Shown here: positions 28,257 through 36,817 of the stretch, piece after piece
How positions within the stretch are numbered: the stretch's first letter is position 1
How the letters are laid out: each line of letters opens with the position of its first letter
IMG/VR virus record: IMGVR_UViG_3300021066_000039
Coordinates: 1-40,931 of that record
DNA length: 40,931 bases
Direction: 5' to 3' (one strand)
Origin: a virus
Taxonomy: Duplodnaviria; Caudoviricetes
The notes under the pieces: generated by a model
What the model was told of the DNA's origin: nothing
What the model saw: only the letters and a program-made list of their open reading frames with translations
Database searches by the model: none
Position numbers and translations under genes: made by a program

Positions 28257-28502
28257 TTATTTACTTCTTAGGTGGTTAATTGCGTCTGCTAACTCATTTA
28301 GCTTGTTTGTATATTCTTCGAGAAAGTGACCCTCAAACACTTCTTCTATGACGCCCGCTTTAAGGGCGAGGGAGATGTGAAGCCTATCGAAAGCGTAAGT
28401 AGTTTTGCCATCGAATGCTGAGTAAAAGTTTCCCCGGCCTTTTATCTCCTGTCCTATTGGCACCCCTAACCCTTCTTTTACAACACGATATTTAGTGATC
28501 AT
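28257..28502 (-). CDS. Hypothetical protein
   Basis: ORF track. Confidence 0.6.
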   Translation of the reverse strand: MITKYRVVKEGLGVPIGQEIKGRGNFYSAFDGKTTYAFDRLHISLALKAGVIEEVFEGHFLEEYTNKLNELADAINHLRSK

Positions 28503-28635
28503 AGTTGTAATATTTATCTACCATAAACCAACCAACAAGCCAGGGGATCAGAAAGAGCCAATCGCCACCTGCGGTGAGCCAGATTACACTACTGCCCACA
28601 ACTAATTGTCCGACAATTAATAGTATTAGTTTCAT
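28492..28635 (-). CDS. 47-aa membrane protein
   Basis: Translated by hand (MKLILLIVGQLVVGSSVIWL...); two hydrophobic segments. Confidence 0.55.
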   Translation of the reverse strand: MKLILLIVGQLVVGSSVIWLTAGGDWLFLIPWLVGWFMVDKYYNYDH

Positions 28636-28703
28636 AAGTTATTTGTTATCCAAATTGTTTAATTATCGTTCCTACTGGGATTCCTAATCCTTCTCTTATG
28701 ACT

Positions 28704-29423
<720 letters not shown>

Positions 29424-29445
29424 AAGCTATTTGTTATCCAATAAG

Positions 29446-29637
29446 CTAATATAAATCCGCTATATCTCTAATAATTTGACTGTACTCACGCACACACTTC
29501 TTATGGAACGCCCTATTACCTGTATCTTTTACTTCTTTTCCATAAGTCCAAGGAAGATGAGAGTCTAAGGATTGAAAAACCATTCTAATAAGTCTCGCTA
29601 TTTTTCTGGCTCTTTCGTCTGATTTCATGAGTTCCAT
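29446..29637 (-). CDS. Hypothetical protein
   Basis: ORF track. Confidence 0.55.
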   Translation of the reverse strand: MELMKSDERARKIARLIRMVFQSLDSHLPWTYGKEVKDTGNRAFHKKCVREYSQIIRDIADLY

Positions 29638-29858
29638 TCCTTATCTCTATTTTGTAATCTTCTTATTCCCCTAGCGAGAACATCCTTCGTCTCCTCCACA
29701 CTCAATCCGTAAACGTCCGCTACTTGCTGATAATCCTTAAGCTCCAGAAGAGACCAGTAGACTTTTACTCCGAGATCTCCCAGCCTCCTTTTTAAATAAC
29801 TTTTTCTTCTTACAGAAGGACAGGCTTCTAATTCATCAACGATCTTTTTATAGTTCAT
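29625..29858 (-). CDS. Stand-alone sigma70 region-4-like HTH protein
   Basis: YQQVADVYGLSVEETKDVLARGIRRLQ resembles the sigma4 HTH consensus. Confidence 0.6.
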   Translation of the reverse strand: MNYKKIVDELEACPSVRRKSYLKRRLGDLGVKVYWSLLELKDYQQVADVYGLSVEETKDVLARGIRRLQNRDKEWNS

Positions 29859-30613
29859 ATAACGTCAAATAACTTTCCTTCGACCACGCACCGGTAGCCA
29901 ACGATCGGAATAACTTGCGGGTAGATATGCTGAGTTGTTTCATCGACATACATAATCCCGAAAGCTAGACACCAGTTTTTAATCACGCTTTCTTTGTGCA
30001 TGTAATCTATTTTGTTTGCGTCTCCTCCCCAGCCAAACATCAAGGCAATGTGTTTATCTCCGTCTGCATCTCCGTTAATGACCATCCCAACTTGATGCGT
30101 ATGTCCAATTCCTATATTTCGGTGGTAAGTGTCAACAGCTCGATAGTGAGCATATTTTCCGGCAATTCCGTCAACATCGTGAGTGAAGTACATCTTGCCT
30201 ATCTTGTAGTCGTCTCGGTATTTGATGTATTTGAATCCCATTTTTGAGATGCCAATCATTTCGTCTGTCGGCTCTTTTCCATCTGCGGTAAGCGCGGTGT
30301 AGATTTGAGGGGCAAATTGCTTTAAGTGCCTTTCTAAGCGATCTTCATGATTTCCGCAGATAAAAACATTTTCTTTAGCGCCAAGCTTTATAACATCATT
30401 CAAGCCCTTCCTTGCTTCCTCAATTTCTTTTCCGAGATTAAACTGTCTGTTCGGGTCTTTGTCGTGAGAGGAGATTGAATAGTTATCAATGAAATCTCCT
30501 AAGATTACGACCACATCCGGCTTCCACCACCTACCGACTTTCATTAGGAGATCCCAATAAGTTTTATTGTTATAAGGGAAGTGCTGGTCGGGGATTATTA
30601 AGACTTTTTTCAT
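29855..30613 (-). CDS. Calcineurin-like metallophosphoesterase
   Basis: PDQH, LGDFID, GNHE, GHTH motifs. Confidence 0.9.
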   Translation of the reverse strand: MKKVLIIPDQHFPYNNKTYWDLLMKVGRWWKPDVVVILGDFIDNYSISSHDKDPNRQFNLGKEIEEARKGLNDVIKLGAKENVFICGNHEDRLERHLKQFAPQIYTALTADGKEPTDEMIGISKMGFKYIKYRDDYKIGKMYFTHDVDGIAGKYAHYRAVDTYHRNIGIGHTHQVGMVINGDADGDKHIALMFGWGGDANKIDYMHKESVIKNWCLAFGIMYVDETTQHIYPQVIPIVGYRCVVEGKLFDVI

Positions 30614-30825
30614 TTCTTCTGGTAGCTTAATAACCGCTTATATATTTCTTCCATTTCTTCCCGATTATGTTCTGGCCTTTTTAATCCAAGCTTCTCTCGG
30701 CGGTATCTGATTTTGGCTACTGTTACTCCGAGAATCTTTGCCATTTCTTGATCTGATTTTTTTTCAAAGTTTCCTTTGATGAAATCATTAATGGCTTTGT
30801 TTATTGTTTCTATATCAGTTTTCAT
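30610..30825 (-). CDS. Small HTH protein
   Basis: SDQEMAKILGVTVAKIRYRREKLGL. Confidence 0.65.
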   Translation of the reverse strand: MKTDIETINKAINDFIKGNFEKKSDQEMAKILGVTVAKIRYRREKLGLKRPEHNREEMEEIYKRLLSYQKK

Positions 30826-30991
30826 GTTGTAATGACATTCCAAAGACGCATACTTTTTGATTCGGTCTTGAGGGTATAAAAAACCCTCGACATCTTGGAT
30901 GTTTGCACGAGCATTTAACTCGGTTTTTATTTTGGATTTCGTAATAGATTACTCTATCGTTAAATCCTGGAAACCAATCCCACCTTTTCAT
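30815..30991 (-). CDS. 58-aa Cys-containing hypothetical protein
   Basis: Translated by hand; ATGA overlap with the NinG-like gene. Confidence 0.5.
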   Translation of the reverse strand: MKRWDWFPGFNDRVIYYEIQNKNRVKCSCKHPRCRGFFIPSRPNQKVCVFGMSLQHEN

Positions 30992-31383
30992 AATTCAGCT
31001 ATTTTTTGTTTGTAATGAGCAATTAACCTTTTATACTCAAGATCGCTCCAAGGACCTTGAGATTCCCTTTTAATTTGGAATAATTTTTTTGCAGTACCTT
31101 TACCCCACCTTCTGTCCAGCTCCAAGCTGTAGATGTAACCAACCTCCTTCCCTGAGTAATGTGGGTGATTGCATCTTTTACACTGTGCGTTCACGTTTCT
31201 TTCATCGAATATGAGTTTAAGTGGTGAGCCGGTTACAGCGACAAAGTGTCCTGCATCACACTTATTCCATTCAATTTCTTTGTTACAGGAAACACAGCGG
31301 CCGTACTTAAAGCAATCTCTTTTTCTGATGTAGATACTGAAGACCTGCCACAAATCCCCCTTCTTTCCTTTCCATCTTTTCAT
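30988..31383 (-). CDS. ninG: NinG/Rap-like recombination endonuclease
   Basis: YIRKRD..CVSC..DAGHF..FDERNVNAQCKRCN. Confidence 0.88.
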   Translation of the reverse strand: MKRWKGKKGDLWQVFSIYIRKRDCFKYGRCVSCNKEIEWNKCDAGHFVAVTGSPLKLIFDERNVNAQCKRCNHPHYSGKEVGYIYSLELDRRWGKGTAKKLFQIKRESQGPWSDLEYKRLIAHYKQKIAEL

Positions 31384-31712
31384 GACAAGTTTTTCTCAAA
31401 TTCAGCCATGCTAATGAGGGTAGTTAGGGCGCTCATCATCTTTTCAATTCGCTTCAAGCTTCGAGAGAGATAAATTTCATCTACCCCGTCATTTGTTCTC
31501 TCCCAGGCTCTGTCGGTAGCTTTGTCGCTATCGTGTTCCTCACGAAGCTTTAGCCACTCTCTTGGTTTTTTTACTTCAATCTCCGCCAGTCTTCCCGCAA
31601 AGAAGCTGTACTCTCCAGCAAGTTTGGCTTTAGCTTCTGCGCATCCATGAGGATCTTGGGAAGTAAGCTCGCCTTCCCTCAACCTCCTTTCAATTTCTTT
31701 AAGTGTTTCCAT
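31380..31712 (-). CDS. Hypothetical helical protein
   Basis: ORF track. Confidence 0.65.
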   Translation of the reverse strand: METLKEIERRLREGELTSQDPHGCAEAKAKLAGEYSFFAGRLAEIEVKKPREWLKLREEHDSDKATDRAWERTNDGVDEIYLSRSLKRIEKMMSALTTLISMAEFEKNLS

Positions 31713-32454
31713 TTATTCTTTTTTCAAAGATCTGTTTTAGTGATTCCCCGCTTATTGGCTCATAATCTTCCTTCTTAGGTTTTGGTTTAGGACCCCAAGC
31801 ATTTCCGAGCCAAGTTGTTAATCTCCGTCCTATCTCGAAGTAACCCCCTTTTACTCCTTCGAGCCGAGTAACGCCTTTGTGATTTTTTTCCAGCCAGTAA
31901 TTAGCAAATTTCCTTACCTCTTTTTTTAACTCAGGAAGAGGTCTTCGCCAGCCGATGGCAATTTGCGTAAGTGTCTTTTCGTAAGGCTCCCAATTCCCCT
32001 CAAAAAAGTCCGTTAGTTTTTTCTTGATTTCTGCGTACTCATCTTTCTTTCTTTCTTTATATATTTCTTTCTTAATATATATATTCTTATTCTGTGCGCC
32101 ATTTGGCGTATCTAGATACTCCGTTTGGCGTATCTGGCTTTGATTAATTTTGAATGAAATATGGGCTACTATTTCGCTACGATGTCTTTTACTTTTGTCC
32201 TTGAAGATTCGAGTTATGTACCCTTTTTCTTCAAGAATTAAGAGTTGTTTATTAACACTTTGTTCTGACACTTTTTGTCCCCTTTTTTGAGGAATGAGTT
32301 TTGCTAGAGTTTCGTTTGACGCTGTGCATGTTTTATCTTTTAAGTTAGTCAACCAATAAATGATTCCGTACAATTTTTCCCCAAGTGGCTGGACATCAGG
32401 ATCTTCTGAAATCTGCCTGGGTATGATGTAGAAATCCGGTGTCCAATTTTCCAT
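31699..32454 (-). CDS. Putative replication initiator (N-terminal winged HTH)
   Basis: IIPRQI..D, CTASNETLA, LEEKGYI, RRLTTW; located in the replication module. Confidence 0.7.
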   Translation of the reverse strand: MENWTPDFYIIPRQISEDPDVQPLGEKLYGIIYWLTNLKDKTCTASNETLAKLIPQKRGQKVSEQSVNKQLLILEEKGYITRIFKDKSKRHRSEIVAHISFKINQSQIRQTEYLDTPNGAQNKNIYIKKEIYKERKKDEYAEIKKKLTDFFEGNWEPYEKTLTQIAIGWRRPLPELKKEVRKFANYWLEKNHKGVTRLEGVKGGYFEIGRRLTTWLGNAWGPKPKPKKEDYEPISGESLKQIFEKRINGNT

Positions 32455-32465
32455 TTATTTAATGA

Positions 32466-32490
32466 AAATACCCCCGAGTTGGAGGTATTC
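32466..32490 (-). terminator. Terminator-like hairpin just upstream of the initiator start
   Basis: AATACCTC-loop-GGGGTATT followed by TT. Confidence 0.5.
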
Positions 32491-32518
32491 TCTGCTCGCT
32501 ATTTAGTTGTTAATTCCC

Positions 32519-32824
32519 TTATTCTTCAGATTTTTGTGGATTTTGGAATTTTTCCACAATAAGCACTAACTTTTCCTTCGGAAATCCACCATTTTTCCAA
32601 TTTTGTGTCTGAAATTTTCCTTCAAGAAAAATAGTGTCTCCTTTTCTGAACCAATTAGAGATTTTTTCTGCTCCCTCTCCCCATGCTTCACAAGTTATCC
32701 ATGTTCTAGCACCAAATTGCTTAGTCCCAACATTAAACTGCACAAGTTTTTTGTTGTTAGGTAGAAGTTTGAGTTCAGGATCTTTACTTATCCTTCCCGC
32801 TAAAAACATTTTATTTACATTCAT
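32519..32824 (-). CDS. ssb: Single-stranded DNA-binding protein (no acidic tail)
   Basis: NKMFLAGRISKDPEL, WITCEAWGEGAE, KGDTIFLEGK. Confidence 0.88.
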   Translation of the reverse strand: MNVNKMFLAGRISKDPELKLLPNNKKLVQFNVGTKQFGARTWITCEAWGEGAEKISNWFRKGDTIFLEGKFQTQNWKNGGFPKEKLVLIVEKFQNPQKSEE

Positions 32825-32888
32825 ATTTCGTATAGTGGGCTTAATTTCCAATCTGCTAATGCCTTTTCGGCGTCATAGTCCCACTCTT

Positions 32889-33203
32889 TTACGGGAACGG
32901 AATCTCGTCCAATAATGCTTCCCCCATTTCTACTTTTGGGCTATTTTTTAGGAGGTTATTATACTCTGTTTCTGTAAGTAGCACATAACCTTCGTATTTT
33001 TTACCTTCAACAACTCTCTCTTTTTGAAGAGAACCCGACAGAAACTTGTAGTCCTTGCCATCATTATCCTGCGCTACTTTTGTCCACAAGCTGCCGACAA
33101 TGGTTCTATTCTCGTAATTTTCATCATAGGCCACCAAGTCGTGAGTCGGGTGCTTATCTGTCTTTACCAGCGATCTTTTTTGGATAGAAATATTTTTTAA
33201 CAT
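32889..33203 (-). CDS. DUF736-like protein with an SSB-type acidic tail
   Basis: PTHDL...VGSLWTK...FLSGSL; ends LLDEIPFP. Confidence 0.55.
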   Translation of the reverse strand: MLKNISIQKRSLVKTDKHPTHDLVAYDENYENRTIVGSLWTKVAQDNDGKDYKFLSGSLQKERVVEGKKYEGYVLLTETEYNNLLKNSPKVEMGEALLDEIPFP

Positions 33204-33204
33204 G

Positions 33205-33648
33205 TTAGTAAATTGCGCTATCATCCAATAATTCTTCTCCTTTTGCTCGCTGGGTGGTGTGACCTTTTCCACTTGCTAAGTTGCCGTCATCATCCTCGTC
33301 CATGTTTAGGCCGAGCATTGAGACTAAGGCGTAACGCCTAGCGTAAGTTATAGCACTACCCGCTCCTTGTGGGTCGGCTTTCGCCAAGGGTAATACGAAT
33401 GATTCTTCAAGCATTTCCCCTGAATCTGCGTGGATTATTCTCGTTTTTACTCCCACTCGATCTCCTTCTGAGGTTGGTGATTGTGAGAAATACAAGCCAT
33501 TTTTATGTAGGATAGAAGTTACTGCTTCTAGTACATTTGACAGGCTGGCATACTTACTTTTGAAGTAAGGATTATTCTCAGTTTTTTTAATTGATGGGAA
33601 CTCGCTTTGTGCCTTTGCTAAGGCTTGGTGTAATGTTTCTTGTTTCAT
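33205..33648 (-). CDS. erf: ERF family single-strand annealing protein
   Basis: NPYFKSKYASL, QGAGSAITYARRYAL, EDDDGN. Confidence 0.93.
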   Translation of the reverse strand: MKQETLHQALAKAQSEFPSIKKTENNPYFKSKYASLSNVLEAVTSILHKNGLYFSQSPTSEGDRVGVKTRIIHADSGEMLEESFVLPLAKADPQGAGSAITYARRYALVSMLGLNMDEDDDGNLASGKGHTTQRAKGEELLDDSAIY

Positions 33649-33653
33649 ACTTT

Positions 33654-33761
33654 TTATAATTCATCGTTTAGATATTGTTTTTGATATTCGACGGGGATGT
33701 TATCAAATGCATTTACATATTGATTAGGACCCCCTTCGAACGGATTTGTTTTTTTCTTCAT
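33654..33761 (-). CDS. 35-aa hypothetical protein
   Basis: Translated by hand; fills the gap. Confidence 0.4.
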   Translation of the reverse strand: MKKKTNPFEGGPNQYVNAFDNIPVEYQKQYLNDEL

Positions 33762-33762
33762 A

Positions 33763-34035
33763 CTATAGTTTGCATTCAGGACACGGGCTAAAGTTGCCAG
33801 TGTGAATCGGTACAGGATTGCCATCAACAGATGACTTAAAGGTTACGTCTTCAATTTCGCCTTTCCCGTTACACAATACACACGGGTTTTCTTCGTTATC
33901 CATCACTTGAGACACAACTTCGTGAATGACATTTTCCCAATCTTTGTTATCAATCTCAAAAAGGTCATCAAACTGGAATTGTCTTTTAGCCAAGTCGGAA
34001 GTCATGTCCGATACTTTAATTTCTACTTTGTACAT
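33763..34035 (-). CDS. Hypothetical Zn-finger protein
   Basis: CxxCxGxG ... CPEC. Confidence 0.65.
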   Translation of the reverse strand: MYKVEIKVSDMTSDLAKRQFQFDDLFEIDNKDWENVIHEVVSQVMDNEENPCVLCNGKGEIEDVTFKSSVDGNPVPIHTGNFSPCPECKL

Positions 34036-34135
34036 ACTTGTTTTCTTCGCAGATTCTTAAGATAGTTTTATCGGCAATTTCTTCTGGCATGCCGTTTAAA
34101 ATCAGAATCCGCTTAACTTTGTTTGTAATTTCCAT
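34016..34135 (-). CDS. 39-aa hypothetical protein
   Basis: 3' part of the ORF-track entry, starting at MEITNK. Confidence 0.45.
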   Translation of the reverse strand: MEITNKVKRILILNGMPEEIADKTILRICEENKYVQSRN

Positions 34136-34139
34136 ACTC

Positions 34140-34310
34140 TTATAAGTGCTTAGAGCACATTTCTTTTTCCCAACCAGATAATTCCGGTCGGTTATTTTCT
34201 TTAATTTGTTTAGTCCAAGCCTTACAATCAATTTTTTCCTGCTTGTCTAATCCGATATTCACGATGACCGCAAAACTTGTAATTAGTAATACTGTTGTTA
34301 TTAATTTCAT
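34140..34310 (-). CDS. 56-aa protein with N-terminal TM/signal segment; first gene of the early operon
   Basis: Translated by hand (MKLITTVLLITSFAVIVNIGLDKQEKIDC...). Confidence 0.6.
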   Translation of the reverse strand: MKLITTVLLITSFAVIVNIGLDKQEKIDCKAWTKQIKENNRPELSGWEKEMCSKHL

Positions 34311-34324
34311 ACGCTTGATTTATT

Positions 34325-34415
34325 TGATCCCTCGGCTGTGATGACCACTCCAACTAAATCTGGTCAGAATTTGATTTATGTTGGCCCCTAGACGATCACC
34401 ACAATCGAAGGATCA
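34325..34415 (-). ncRNA. Long imperfect hairpin in the early-operon leader
   Basis: 22-bp outer stem whose mismatches are mostly G-U on the minus strand, plus an inner stem. Confidence 0.5.
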
Positions 34416-34454
34416 TGATTAATAAGTTCTCGCTATTAGGTTGACAACAGCACT

Positions 34455-34478
34455 AAAAAACCCGCTTCATTAGCGGTT
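34455..34478 (-). terminator. Intrinsic terminator of the early leader (attenuator candidate)
   Basis: CCGCT-AATGA-AGCGG-G-TTTTTT. Confidence 0.75.
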
Positions 34479-34489
34479 ATAATTAAGAT

Positions 34490-34567
34490 GTGAGTATTCA
34501 TTTACTCACACGATTTATCGGAGTGATAACTCGGCACGAAGCGCCTATGGGAAGGCGTTTTGTGTTT
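34490..34567 (+). ncRNA. Putative antisense sRNA unit 1
   Basis: TATAAT + 6 nt, GTGAGTA/TACTCAC 5' hairpin, 3' terminator-like hairpin with G-U pairs on the plus strand. Confidence 0.55.
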
Positions 34568-34581
34568 GCTAAGATTAGAGT

Positions 34582-34701
34582 GTTAGTAGATGCTTGAACA
34601 TTTACTAACACGGTTGAGCCTAACCTTAACCAAAGATGGTTTTAACCTGGCTCTCCGGAAAACCCTACAGACTCACCTTAATGGGTGGGTTTTGTGGTTT
34701 T
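34582..34701 (+). ncRNA. Putative antisense sRNA unit 2
   Basis: TGcTAAGAT + 6 nt, GTTAGTA/TACTAAC 5' hairpin, 3' hairpin ACAGACTCACC/GGTGGGTTTTGT. Confidence 0.55.
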
Positions 34702-34717
34702 GAAGTAGACTAGTGTT

Positions 34718-34828
34718 GTTAGTACTGTTTACAGCGGTACTAACTGATTTATAACCTGAACAACAGATTGAATCTGGCGGGTGGTAAACCACACAGACTC
34801 ACCTTTACTGGTGGGTTCTGTGGTTATT
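34718..34828 (+). ncRNA. Putative antisense sRNA unit 3
   Basis: TAGACT + 6 nt, GTTAGTA/TACTAAC 5' hairpin, 3' hairpin nearly identical to that of unit 2. Confidence 0.55.
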
Positions 34829-34934
34829 GACGTCGCAATAAGCCTATTGTGCGACATTATTCACACTTAATTATATCGGGTTTCCCCGATCCGCTAACTA
34901 TATTGGTTTTTCAATGTGCGTGACCCTTATCTCA

Positions 34935-34962
34935 AGTGTATTCCCCTAATTCTATCACGCAA
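34935..34962 (-). promoter_or_regulatory. Putative early-operon promoter
   Basis: TTGCGT-16 nt-TACACT. Confidence 0.45.
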
Positions 34963-34983
34963 GACGGTTATCCCCAATTTTTC

Positions 34984-35850
34984 TTACATGACAAATTTGT
35001 GAGCTATTTTAAGGGTTTCTTTGGCATCAAGCCTTAGATATTGAAGGGCTGATTTAGGATTATTCTCCGAATGTCCTAAGACTACCCCTATCTCCTTTAT
35101 GTTTGCTCCCTGATTTATCATTTTATGAGCCTTCCCGTGCCGGAAACTGTGAGGTGTAATAGGTTTTTTTATTCCGGCCTTCTTCCTAAGATAAGAGATT
35201 AGGTGTTGCACGCCTCTTGGTGTAAGTTTAGCCCCTTTCTTATTTATAAAGAGCATATTTGTCCTATATGAACGCGAGATTCTAAGCGCCAGATACGTTT
35301 GTAATTTTCTATGTGTCTCCTTTGACCAGACAATAAATCTAGGGTTCCCGTTCTTTTTAGTTTCAATGATTGCGTGGTTTGTTTGGCCATCTGTCAGGTC
35401 TTCTAGGGTTAAGGATAGTAGTTCGCTAATCCTAGCTCCCGTATCATAGAGCATATTGAGGATAGTAATGTTTCTTACTCCAATAAAAGTCCTGTCATCC
35501 TCCTCTAAGCAGAGTTTTTTTAAGTCCTCATCTGTTACATATGGCCTAGAGACGGGAAGTAAACTTCTTCTTTGCTTAATTAGTTCAGGATTTATGGTCT
35601 GTATATGGGAGTAATGAGCATACCTAGCGAACATCTTTAAGACGGATAGGAAGTAGGAAATTGTACTGCGAGAGTATTTTTCGTTCATCAAGGACACTAG
35701 ATGGGTAGTATCTTCTACAGAAAATGTCTTTAAATCTTTTTGTCCGTAATAGTCCACTACAGGCTTTAAGGCTACGGCATAAGATTTACAGGATTTTAAG
35801 TAGCTTGATTTCCATTCTAGAAACCCCTTTATTCCTTCTTTTACTGTCAT
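34984..35850 (-). CDS. int: Tyrosine recombinase/integrase (XerC/D-like)
   Basis: Catalytic residues in TGARISELL, HSFRH, LGHS and a C-terminal Tyr (LQY). Confidence 0.95.
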   Translation of the reverse strand: MTVKEGIKGFLEWKSSYLKSCKSYAVALKPVVDYYGQKDLKTFSVEDTTHLVSLMNEKYSRSTISYFLSVLKMFARYAHYSHIQTINPELIKQRRSLLPVSRPYVTDEDLKKLCLEEDDRTFIGVRNITILNMLYDTGARISELLSLTLEDLTDGQTNHAIIETKKNGNPRFIVWSKETHRKLQTYLALRISRSYRTNMLFINKKGAKLTPRGVQHLISYLRKKAGIKKPITPHSFRHGKAHKMINQGANIKEIGVVLGHSENNPKSALQYLRLDAKETLKIAHKFVM

Positions 35851-35856
35851 AGATCA

Positions 35857-35890
35857 ACACAAAACCCACCTTTCTAGAAGTGGGCTTGTG
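35857..35890 (-). promoter_or_regulatory. Hairpin with U-tract in the integrase leader
   Basis: CACAAGCCCAC-loop-GTGGGTTTTGTG; 3' arm shared with the sRNA unit 2 hairpin. Confidence 0.55.
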
Positions 35891-36027
35891 CGAGCTTGCG
35901 CTCTGGTCGCGCGACCTCTTATCGGTTTATAACAAACCCATACGTCGTGCAAGACTTGACCAACCCTAGAAAGTATCCTCTCGGATAAGCTGGTTATTAT
36001 TGTGTTGTAACCCTACCCTACGACTTA

Positions 36028-36474
36028 TTAATATATTGTCAAGTAGCACGTCCACCAGTAGGCTCTACCCTCTTTAAATTGTCTAGCCGCCCAGTCAGTT
36101 GACCATTCAGGGTCTATAGCCTGTTCGTAAGTTATATTTGGATGGCTTGGCAAATGTATTTGCCATAAGCCGAAGGATTTTTCTCTATCTCCTACCTTAC
36201 CCCAATCAGGATGTTTAGCTATTTGCGCGTAAGTATATCTATGATTGCTTTGTTTATCGGGAATTGCCTCTCTGTTTTCGCATTTAGTCACAGCTAAAAA
36301 GGAATTTTTGTCAATTCCGTATTTTTCTGCGTATTCGCTCACCAGTTTGTCACGTAGCTCTTGATTGGAGAGTTTTACTGGAGCTATGTATATAGGTGCG
36401 TTTACTTTTGTCGCCTGTGCGTAAATGAACGTAGTCAGCGAAAAAAATAACGCAAACAGTGTTATGTACCTTAT
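36028..36474 (-). CDS. Secreted lytic transglycosylase-like protein with a probable non-ATG (ATA) start
   Basis: AVTKCE catalytic Glu, SFGLWQI, WWTC; in-frame upstream signal peptide IRYITLFALFFSLTTFIYAQA. Confidence 0.7.
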   Translation of the reverse strand: MRYITLFALFFSLTTFIYAQATKVNAPIYIAPVKLSNQELRDKLVSEYAEKYGIDKNSFLAVTKCENREAIPDKQSNHRYTYAQIAKHPDWGKVGDREKSFGLWQIHLPSHPNITYEQAIDPEWSTDWAARQFKEGRAYWWTCYLTIY

Positions 36475-36548
36475 AAGTTAGAACACAAAATGCCCTAATA
36501 AGGGTATTTCGCGTCTAGGGGGACGAAATATTGTGTTATTAGAAGTGT

Positions 36549-36568
36549 AAAAAACCCACTAAAGGGTG
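36549..36568 (-). terminator. Terminator-like hairpin closing the RNA cluster
   Basis: ACCC-loop-GGGT followed by TTTTT. Confidence 0.45.
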
Positions 36569-36817
36569 TCTAGAGACTTTTCCACATTTCTCTACCTAGT
36601 ACAGAATTGATCTTTCACTATGGGCTGCCTATAGTTTTTAAGTCTTCAATTCTGTATTAGATAGATAAATTCCTAGACGCTAGACTCCTGCCTCCTCCAC
36701 AAATTTAGAGGCACGAATGTTAGCGTTAACACATAAAACGCCCTAAGGCGCTTCATAGATAATATATTTTGCTGAACACTTCTGTCCAGCGTCTAAGAAT
36801 CTATGAGAGGTAATCTG

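Noticed and set aside
34580-34744. Integron attC sites for the neighbouring tyrosine recombinase
   Set aside because: Order and consensus do not fit RYYYAAC...GTTRRRY, there are no cassette ORFs, and the integrase shows no evident IntI-specific insertion
34478-34830. CRISPR mini-array or TIGR array
   Set aside because: Units are degenerate and unequal in length, with no constant repeat-spacer period; no cas or Nop-domain gene is visible
34900-36030. attP site near the integrase
   Set aside because: No core or arm-type repeats and no tRNA 3' fragment could be identified without the host sequence
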